A stretch of DNA of 64,000 nt from positions 192,001 to 256,000 of the forward strand of contig JBGAHS010000005.1 in the NCBI GenBank assembly GCA_044226015.1. Reading direction: 5' to 3'. Position 1 is the first letter of the stretch. The number at the start of each line of letters is the position of its first letter. The notes below the pieces were generated by a model. The model did no database searches, was not told the DNA's origin, and saw only the letters and a list, made by a program, of their open reading frames with translations. The DNA is from Candidatus Obscuribacteraceae bacterium (GTDB lineage: Bacteria; Cyanobacteriota; Vampirovibrionia; Obscuribacterales; Obscuribacteraceae). Position numbers and translations under genes: made by a program. Of this stretch, positions 28,901-36,052 are shown piece by piece.

Positions 28901-29503
28901 GTCAGCCTGCAGAACTTCAAGGCGGGTCGCGATTTCAGCCAGAACGATTTTTTGAATATCAATCTTTTCTGCTACTGTAAGAAGCTCTTTCTCTGCTTGA
29001 TCAATTCGCCTGTCGAATTCGGCAACTCCTGCCAATTCATCAATAATCTTTCGGCGCTCTGTCGCACTCATGGTGACAATGCCGGTTACGTCACCCTGCA
29101 TGATTACGTTGAAACCAGTCGGGCTGACGTTGTACTTGCCAAGCTCGTCGTGGATATCTGAAAGGGTTGCATTCTTGCCATTCAACATATACGTGCTTGT
29201 ATAGCCGGAATCTTTGACTTTCAGGCGTCTGCACACTTCAATCTCATCGCCAAGGTCGTTGGTGAATTTGACGCGAACCTTACACTCGTTTCGTCCAGAA
29301 AGGTTGTTCAGCAGGTCGGGCAGCCTTTCTGCTCTCATCGTCCTTGTAGAGGACAGCCCGAGAGCGAAGAGAAGACTATCGATGATATTCGACTTGCCTG
29401 ATCCATTAGGACCGGATATGGTTGTAAATCCATCCAGTAATGGCACTGCAGTCAGCTTGCCAAAGGATTTGAAGTTGTCAAGCTCGATTTCTTTGATCCG
29501 CAT
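25982..29503 (-). CDS. smc: Chromosome segregation protein SMC
   Basis: NFKSFG, GPNGSGKSN, hinge GRATFVPL/MVTLEGE, LSGGEKS, FDEVD; long coiled coils. Confidence 0.98.
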   Translation of the reverse strand: MRIKEIELDNFKSFGKLTAVPLLDGFTTISGPNGSGKSNIIDSLLFALGLSSTRTMRAERLPDLLNNLSGRNECKVRVKFTNDLGDEIEVCRRLKVKDSGYTSTYMLNGKNATLSDIHDELGKYNVSPTGFNVIMQGDVTGIVTMSATERRKIIDELAGVAEFDRRIDQAEKELLTVAEKIDIQKIVLAEIATRLEVLQADRDQALKYLDLKSQKDKLERDLIYVRVKDLETKNDEVMNLILELNEKEEKLIAQRDEAELTLLAHRVEMARLDDEIKEKGGNEQLLLRQELENKRGDLIREETRLSNLAGVISEKTKSQKSLAAQIKAIERRLNELAGEKKQHDADLKAVQLVLMEKQGAHSAVLAELEIARKERDKTSTKGMSLHEDLQRLRDERHQLEVRKTELKTRKEQLEKELVVARDSATESIGKSAALKNMLIGLERKLQDEQASSFGITRNIRQAENEIESTQDEIEQKRKELEQINRRLIELETTRDVVGESGYGRAVEAVLNANIPGVCGTIGQLGKVDEQYELALEIAIGGRLADIVVEDDRVAERCIQLLKEQKAGRATFVPLNKIMSQPPGLLPNRPGVIDFAYNLVNFNPAYTRAFQYACGQTVVVDNLDSARKMLNTARMVTLEGELLEKHGTISGGISNRPRLKFNQKESNDLGSLKTKAKQLADDMRWLADSIKELNQSLSQDRQKQNQAATSVAQRQSELDKRKEELAQCEELVNTLKPRLRSMGDEIESVETELSGIDGKINGLSKQIDKLQDELADITAGGKRSELDRLIGESEELKQEIDAIERGAKDSERMLDRIETEERVEQSNKVSLADQLDLVQKELTTLSADKPQYEESIKQLTADIKELERKSAEISKELMQLHQAKEKVQNEITEIEIAKTRTSEQLKFLDEERNKHKLQLHELKIQLAAARAELEHILVETPDFKPPSASTIEQLKNQIDRLDRRMRALEPVNMKALEEYNQTRTRQEELTDYLETLSQERDEINQRIGGYGELKKNTFMEAFTAIDANFREIFAELSHGSGKLELENPEDPFAGGLVIRAQPRDKKMQRIEALSGGEKSLTALSFVFAFQRFAPAPFYAFDEVDMMLDGANADRLARMVKRQSKQAQFVVVSLRRPMIENSDHAIGVSLRADGFSKTVGIADVRIPDEEQLVNA

Positions 29504-29817
29504 TATGACTCCAGATCAGAAGGTCCACCATTTTTGCCACCAGGCATAACCAGCATGTCTCCAAATACGGTATTACTCAATATAGATTGCGCTGCTCCGT
29601 TGTTGGGTTTGCTAGCCCACAGCCGAATTAGACTACAGAAGTATATTATGTGTCAAGGTTTTGCTGGGTTTTGCTCCCGCAAAAGCCCCATTATACAAGC
29701 TCATCCAGTGCTTGCAACCGCACCTGGTGGCATTGGAGACGCCTCCGCTGGCGCCACCACTATGTATTTCATTATAACATCATATATGTCAAGTTTGGTA
29801 TTACGGGTGAAACTAAT

Positions 29818-31161
29818 ATGAGTGATGGATACACACCCCGGAAACCACGATTTTGCTGCCTTAAAGTCTTCATAGAATTGATTCTCTTTGCAGCTTTGAC
29901 GATTCTCATTCAGCCGATCCTACCTGCCTTTTCGCAGCTTGATCCAGGCTCTGCGCTAGGTTCTAAAATTCAACAGAGCAATTCTGACGAAAACAGATTT
30001 GATGAGAAGGTGCATTTTGAATATCCAGAAGCAAGCTCAGAGATACGGAATTACTTTAATACTAAATATGCAATCGGAATTATCTCTCCCTTAATCGCAT
30101 GTTTGGCAGTGCTCATTATGCTGCAAAAGGGAATTGTCAAAGCTATTCGAGACCGCTTTGAGCGTTTGCCATATCTGCTTTCTTTTCTTTCAACCGGTTC
30201 TTGCTTCTACGGGCTTATAGCATTAGTTCAGTTGCCGCTGACTTTCTACTCTTCATTTGTCGTTGAGCATCAATATAAGTTGAGCAGCCAGAGCTTCGCT
30301 TCCTGGACACATGATTATTTTGCTCATACTGCATTTGGTGCCTTGATTGTTCCTTTACTGGCTCTGGTATTTTTGCTCATCCGCAAGTTTCCGCGCCACT
30401 GGGTTTTTCAGGCTTGGTTACTGCTTTCATCGGTGATTTTGTTTGTGACCTTTGTCGAACCAATTCTGGTTGACCCTGTTTTCAACAAATTTCGTGCACT
30501 CGAAGATGGCAGTCTTAAGACAAGAATAATCAGCCTCTGTCGCCAATCTGGAATTGAGCACCCAAGCATTCTGGTGGCAGACAAGAGCAAGCAAACCAAA
30601 AAGCTCAACGCATATGTAACTGGCTTAGGCTCTAGCAATAGAATTGTGCTTTACGACACCTTGCTCACAAAAGCCAGCTCCGACCAGGTTCTTGCTGTAC
30701 TTGCTCACGAGCTTGGGCATTATCGTCTGAAGCATGTGGTCCTGGGCGTCAGCATTGCGATCATATTTCTATTGCCAACTCTGTTTCTGGCTGGGTATTG
30801 CCTGAAGGCATGCATTCGATATCTACCAGCTAGCTGGGGCGTAAAAGCGATGAGCGACCCGGCTATTGTTGCTGTCATAGCTCTGGCGGGTTTTGTCTTG
30901 CCTCTAGTCATTTCGCCTTTGCCTGCCTCAATTTCGAGATTATTGGAGGCAGAAGCTGATGCTTATGGAATTCGTGTTTATGGACACGCACTTGAAACTG
31001 CCCAGGCGTTCAAACTCTTGTCTCAAAGCAATCTTTCTGACCCAAATCCCCCGCCATTCATCGAATTCTGGTTCTTTACCCACCCGAGTATCAAACATCG
31101 GATAGATTATGCTTTAAGTCAGATACCTCGCGAGTCAAATTCGCGTAGCAGGAGCAATTAA
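29818..31161 (+). CDS. M48-family (Ste24/YhfN-like) membrane zinc metalloprotease
   Basis: LNAYVTGLG, RIVLYDTL, HELGH, EAEAD, THPSI..RI; multiple TMs. Start 29818 is tentative. Confidence 0.9.
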   Translation: MSDGYTPRKPRFCCLKVFIELILFAALTILIQPILPAFSQLDPGSALGSKIQQSNSDENRFDEKVHFEYPEASSEIRNYFNTKYAIGIISPLIACLAVLIMLQKGIVKAIRDRFERLPYLLSFLSTGSCFYGLIALVQLPLTFYSSFVVEHQYKLSSQSFASWTHDYFAHTAFGALIVPLLALVFLLIRKFPRHWVFQAWLLLSSVILFVTFVEPILVDPVFNKFRALEDGSLKTRIISLCRQSGIEHPSILVADKSKQTKKLNAYVTGLGSSNRIVLYDTLLTKASSDQVLAVLAHELGHYRLKHVVLGVSIAIIFLLPTLFLAGYCLKACIRYLPASWGVKAMSDPAIVAVIALAGFVLPLVISPLPASISRLLEAEADAYGIRVYGHALETAQAFKLLSQSNLSDPNPPPFIEFWFFTHPSIKHRIDYALSQIPRESNSRSRSN

Positions 31162-32975
31162 TGTTTGCTGGTGGCGGACCTCCCGTTTATTTAATGTGGT
31201 CGGGTATTTTCAACCCCGAGCGGAATAAGCTGAACAAAAAAATTGAGTGGAAGCGAATCAGGGCACTTTTTCATCCTTATATAAAGGAAGAGCTGACGTT
31301 GATAGTGCTTCTGATTTTGCAATCGGGCTTGTCGCTGGTTCCAACACTACTGACGGTGACCCTTGTGGATAGAGCCATTCCCCATCACAACATGAATGAG
31401 GTGCTCATATGTTGTGGTGGCATGGTTGGTGCTGGTCTTATCACTGGTGGACTTAATGTTTTCCAGGGGTTCGTTAACACAACGATGGCAGAAGGCGTTA
31501 TGCGAGATCTTCGCTGCCAGATTGTGGCGCACCTCCAGAAGATGCCGATTGAATTTTTTGCTGTTACCAGAGCTGGTGAGTTGCTTAACCGAGTTTCTGG
31601 AGACATTGACAGTCTAGACAATATTGTTTCAGGAACCTTGTTGACCATTGTTTCGAACATTTTGCTGCTAATTAGCACCATGCTTACAATGTTTGTTCTT
31701 GATTGGAGGCTGGCTTTGTTAGCCATTATTTTGCTTCCGACTATGATTTTGCCTCTCTGGCCAGTGGGGCGAAAAATGTACAAGCTGAGGAAAAATACTC
31801 GCGAAATGCAAGACCTGGTGGCGAACAAAAGTCAGGAAATGTTGAACGTCTCTGGCATCACGTTGCTGAAGATTTTTGGCATGGAAACAGCTGAGCGCGA
31901 CCGTTTTCGTGTTCTATGCAATGATTTGATGGCTTCAGAAATCACCCTGGCAATGATAGGTCGCTGGTTCATGATGATTGTCGGTGTGATGACGCTGGCA
32001 GGTCCCGCTATAGTCTGGCTCGGTGGTGCCTATCTTGTTTTGCACAATCAAATTGGCTTAGGCACAGTTATCGCCTTTATCGCGTTGATTACGAGGCTGT
32101 ATGGTCCCGCTTCGACACTGACAGGTATCCAAGTTCAAATCGCCGGTGCTCTGGCTGTTTTTGAGCGCATCTTCGATTATCAGGACATGAAAGAGGAAGA
32201 CTTTAGTTCGGGAGAAACACTCGATGCTAAAGACGTATCTGGTCGCATTAGCTTCGACCACATTGCCTTTGCTTATTCAAATAAAGAAAGGATCTTCGAC
32301 GACCTGTCATTTGAGGCAGAACCAGGCGAGTTTGTAGCTGTTGTAGGACCTTCAGGCGCAGGCAAGACCACACTTGCGGCGCTATTACCTCGCTTTTACG
32401 AGCTGCAAGAAGGCAGAATTTGCATCGATGGAAAGGACATAAAAGAAGTCAATCTAAACAGTTTGCGTAAGCTTATTGGCATTGTTACGCAGGAAAGCTA
32501 TTTGTTTCATTCGAGCATTCGAGAGAATTTGCTGTATGCAAACCCGCAAGCAAGTCAGAGTGATATCGAGTCAGCTGCGCGTGCTGCCAATATTCATGAT
32601 CACATCATGAGCTTACCAGAAGGCTACGAAACTATCGTTGGTGAGCGAGGCTACAAGCTCAGTGGAGGAGAAAGGCAGCGCTTATCTATTGCGCGTGCAA
32701 TTTTGAAGAATCCGAAAGTACTAATTTTGGATGAAGCTACCAGCTCGCTTGATAACATTAATGAAACGGCAGTTCAAGCTGCTTTGAACCGTCTGATGAA
32801 GGGGCGTACAAGCATTGTAATCGCGCATCGCCTCTCTACCATTCAAAATGCTGATAAAATTCTTGTTCTCGATAGCGGCAGAATTGTCGAGGTCGGAAAG
32901 CACGACGAATTGCTCACTCGCAATGGAACTTACGCGCGCTTATACAGGCAAGAGTCCGAGGAAGAAAATAAATGA
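31161..32975 (+). CDS. ABC exporter, fused permease and ATPase (MsbA-like)
   Basis: Six-TM domain; GPSGAGKT, LSGGERQR, ILDEATS, IAHRLST. Confidence 0.95.
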   Translation: MFAGGGPPVYLMWSGIFNPERNKLNKKIEWKRIRALFHPYIKEELTLIVLLILQSGLSLVPTLLTVTLVDRAIPHHNMNEVLICCGGMVGAGLITGGLNVFQGFVNTTMAEGVMRDLRCQIVAHLQKMPIEFFAVTRAGELLNRVSGDIDSLDNIVSGTLLTIVSNILLLISTMLTMFVLDWRLALLAIILLPTMILPLWPVGRKMYKLRKNTREMQDLVANKSQEMLNVSGITLLKIFGMETAERDRFRVLCNDLMASEITLAMIGRWFMMIVGVMTLAGPAIVWLGGAYLVLHNQIGLGTVIAFIALITRLYGPASTLTGIQVQIAGALAVFERIFDYQDMKEEDFSSGETLDAKDVSGRISFDHIAFAYSNKERIFDDLSFEAEPGEFVAVVGPSGAGKTTLAALLPRFYELQEGRICIDGKDIKEVNLNSLRKLIGIVTQESYLFHSSIRENLLYANPQASQSDIESAARAANIHDHIMSLPEGYETIVGERGYKLSGGERQRLSIARAILKNPKVLILDEATSSLDNINETAVQAALNRLMKGRTSIVIAHRLSTIQNADKILVLDSGRIVEVGKHDELLTRNGTYARLYRQESEEENK

Positions 32976-34390
32976 AAAACTCAGTACTGGCGTCCATTCT
33001 AGTGATTCTTTCTCTGATGTTAAGTCAGTCTGTCAGTTCCAAGGATCAGTCTTCTCAAAAAGGCAAAGCCAGTTCCAAGACCAGCTCTGCTTCAAGCCAC
33101 GATAAGACTTCTGTTTCCGGTTCTGAATCCACTAAAGAAAAAAGTGCAGAGTCCAGTGCCGATGAAATTGGTGTTCGAGCAAATTCTGCCGCCATGAAGT
33201 TTAGGCTAAAGGACTTTACAGGAGCCGAACAGCTTTATCAAAAAGTGGTGGAGGAGCTAAAGAAAGACACAAACTCTGAGCTGTCACTTTCTGATGCTTA
33301 CTTCAATTTGGCATTGTGTCAGCGAAATTGCGGCAAGGATGCCGATGCCAATGCGAACGAGCAAGAAGCAAAATCGATTCGTTCAAAACTGCGCGTTCCC
33401 GAAACCAGAGCAAACGTAATTCAAGAGTTGGTGCCTAACGCAATAGAACGCCATCAAGTCGATGCTATGTTCAAGGAAGTCAACGCGCTTCTTGATGGAA
33501 AAGATCCCGTCTACTCTGACAAATTCAAAGAAGCCAATGAGGCTGCCTTTACTCAAATAATGAGTCAGTCCTGGGCTTTCCGTGAAGCGGGAGAACCAGG
33601 AAAGGCTATTGGTGCCGCTCGAGCAGGGTTGGCTATGGCCAATAAATCGGAACACCCTAGCAGAATGATTGCAAGTGCATTGAATTCACTAGCTGGTCTT
33701 TACCGGGTCACCGGAAGAAATATGAGCGCTATGATGCTCTACAACGCAGCCATTGCTGAGCAAGAAAAGTTCAACAAAGCTGATGATCCCTTACTTGCCA
33801 CACTCCTTGATAATTCGGCTCTTGTTTCTCTTGAACTTGGAAATGTGGAGAAGGCGCGTGACTTGCAAGAGAAAGCGCTGGCTATCTACAGAAAAGTTTT
33901 ACCAGCAGACTCAAAAGATTTGGGACAAACACTTTCAAATATTGCTGAGACCTATGAGAAGCTGAACATGCCTGACAAGGCGATTCAATGCTTGAACGAA
34001 GCGCTGGTGATACTGAAGAAATCAAAGCCCGAGGATGACCCGATGGTGCTTACCACTATGGACAACCTGGCAGCTACGTACTCTCGAAAAGGCGAACTTG
34101 AGAAAGCAGAGGCTATGCAATCGACAGTGATAGCTGGCTTGCGCAAGCATTACACGAAGAACCCTCTTCTTGCAGAAGCACTAGCAAATTATGCTCATAC
34201 TTTAGTTCGTATGAAAAAATTTGATAAAGCTATTGAATATCAAAAGCAATCTACTGATATGTTCATTGCGATTTTCGGAGAAAGACACCCGCATGCAATT
34301 AGAAGCCGCTTGTCTTATGCCGCTGTTCTGAAAATTGCTGGGCGAGAGAAAGAAGCTAATGACGAACTGGCAAAAATTCCCAAAAGCTAG
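32972..34390 (+). CDS. Secreted tetratricopeptide repeat protein
   Basis: Signal peptide, Ser-rich linker, repeated LNSLAGLY/LSNIAETY/MDNLAATY TPR units; ATGA overlap with the ABC gene. Confidence 0.88.
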   Translation: MKNSVLASILVILSLMLSQSVSSKDQSSQKGKASSKTSSASSHDKTSVSGSESTKEKSAESSADEIGVRANSAAMKFRLKDFTGAEQLYQKVVEELKKDTNSELSLSDAYFNLALCQRNCGKDADANANEQEAKSIRSKLRVPETRANVIQELVPNAIERHQVDAMFKEVNALLDGKDPVYSDKFKEANEAAFTQIMSQSWAFREAGEPGKAIGAARAGLAMANKSEHPSRMIASALNSLAGLYRVTGRNMSAMMLYNAAIAEQEKFNKADDPLLATLLDNSALVSLELGNVEKARDLQEKALAIYRKVLPADSKDLGQTLSNIAETYEKLNMPDKAIQCLNEALVILKKSKPEDDPMVLTTMDNLAATYSRKGELEKAEAMQSTVIAGLRKHYTKNPLLAEALANYAHTLVRMKKFDKAIEYQKQSTDMFIAIFGERHPHAIRSRLSYAAVLKIAGREKEANDELAKIPKS

Positions 34391-34458
34391 CTGGTAATGT
34401 ATGGGTAACTTTCACCAATTTAGACTTGCGCCAGGAATTGGCGTTATGAGATTGGAAA

Positions 34459-34953
34459 ATGGAAAGAGCTATTATTTTGGGGCGAGAGCAGAGTTCTTCA
34501 GTTGGAGAGGCGAGTGCCAGGTTGCTAGCTGATGCACAAAGCTTTAAAGGTGTAAGTACAGAACAGCCTGCGTTCAAAGGCAGAGATGTGGATATAGCCG
34601 ATGCCGACAAAACATTTGGATGGTGGCAAAAGAAACAGTACGCAGACCTCGGCATCCAGAAAATTCACCTTTTGCCGTCAGCTGTGGCTCTTGATTTGAA
34701 GGGGAAGACTGAAAAGTATAATCTGGGACTCGATAAGAAGGTTGCCTTTGATTTTGCTGCCAGTGGAAACTCCTGGACTTTGACGAACGTGACAGGTTTG
34801 TCACTGAAAGGGTCTGCAATCACAAAAATTGAGTCGACCGCTTCAAAAATAACGTTTTATACAGGCAGCAAAGCCAACGAATACGGCTCATCTGTCAATG
34901 ACTACATAAAAGCTCTTTTTGACCCTTTGATGAGAGCCGATTTGCGGAAGTAG
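34459..34953 (+). CDS. Hypothetical protein
   Basis: 164-aa ORF co-oriented with its neighbours; no family recognised. Confidence 0.55.
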   Translation: MERAIILGREQSSSVGEASARLLADAQSFKGVSTEQPAFKGRDVDIADADKTFGWWQKKQYADLGIQKIHLLPSAVALDLKGKTEKYNLGLDKKVAFDFAASGNSWTLTNVTGLSLKGSAITKIESTASKITFYTGSKANEYGSSVNDYIKALFDPLMRADLRK

Positions 34954-35032
34954 AATCGAGCAAGGTTTGGCATTATAATGTGGGGCAATTCGCCTCACAT
35001 TTTGTCATTTTCGCAAGTTCCCGGAGATAGGT

Positions 35033-35701
35033 TTGGCCAAAATACTTGTTATTGATGACGACAAGGAATTGGCAGAGTCAATTGACGATGTCCTCTCGTT
35101 AGACAATCATCTCGTGGACCTATGCCATTGTGGCAAAGACGCCCTTCAGATTATGGACTTCTGCAAATACGATTTGCTGATGGTCGACTGGGAGCTTGGC
35201 GACATTAATGGACCCGAGCTTGTTCAGCATTTCAGAAAAAATAGCGGCGTGAGCCCCATCATGATGATTACAGGGCGTAGTGACATTCAATCGAAAGTTG
35301 AATGTTTGGAACTTGGTGCTGACGATTACCTGGTAAAGCCTTTCGATATGAGGGAGTTGCGCGCAAGATGTAAGTCCTTGCTTCGTCGCCCCGTTGAAAT
35401 TGAAATGGACGCCATCGAATTTGAGGGGTTCAAGATTGATTCTGCAAAGGGAACTGCCAGAAGAGGCAACGACTCTATTAACCTCCAGCCTCTCGAGTTT
35501 CGTCTCTTTGAGTTCTTTGTGCGTAATAAGGGAAGCTGGTTTTCAGCAGAAGAGTTAATTGCTCGAGTCTGGTCTGCGAACTCTACAGCCACTCCAGAAT
35601 CAGTACGCGTTTCAATTAAGAGGTTGAGAACTGCGCTTGCCGACTTTCAGCTCGACGGAAGGCTCGAAAGCGCTCGAAATCGTGGCTATAAGCTAGAGTA
35701 G
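35033..35701 (+). CDS. OmpR/PhoB-family response regulator
   Basis: VIDDD, MVDW, GADDYLVKPF; winged helix EFRLFEFF..SVRVSIKRLR..GYKL; GGAG SD before TTG. Confidence 0.92.
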   Translation: MAKILVIDDDKELAESIDDVLSLDNHLVDLCHCGKDALQIMDFCKYDLLMVDWELGDINGPELVQHFRKNSGVSPIMMITGRSDIQSKVECLELGADDYLVKPFDMRELRARCKSLLRRPVEIEMDAIEFEGFKIDSAKGTARRGNDSINLQPLEFRLFEFFVRNKGSWFSAEELIARVWSANSTATPESVRVSIKRLRTALADFQLDGRLESARNRGYKLE

Positions 35702-35812
35702 TTGAGAATACCCTCGAAATCTTGGCTCGAGTAATTGTGAACTCCCCTAATTTTTCCTTTTCCTCAAGCCAGTAATGTTTGAGTAACGCAGAAGCACTTA
35801 TATTCTATTCAT

Positions 35813-36052
35813 CAGGTTCGGGCGAGGGAGAATGACCAAACTGCCAACAACAAACCCGCCAAGTCAACCACAACCCACCCGGCGGAATGGTCATTCTCTC
35901 AAAGTTTTTGAACCGACAACCCGCAAATAACCAAACAAACGACCGATTCAAACGACCTATTCAACACAACCCCCAGCAGGCAAGCGCCTGCGCAAGCCCA
36001 AATTGAACCTGCTTATCCTACCCACATTAGGAAAGGCAGGTTCAATTCTTTT
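35813..36052 (+). ncRNA. Candidate small RNA with A/C-rich loops
   Basis: TTGAGT-N16-TATTCT upstream; nested stems 35815-35821/35908-35914 and 35826-35838/35888-35900; terminator 36001-36052. Confidence 0.5.
36001..36052. terminator. Intrinsic terminator (possibly bidirectional)
   Basis: AATTGAACCTGC/GCAGGTTCAATT 12-bp stem followed by CTTTT; overlaps the stop codon of the convergent kinase. Confidence 0.7.
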
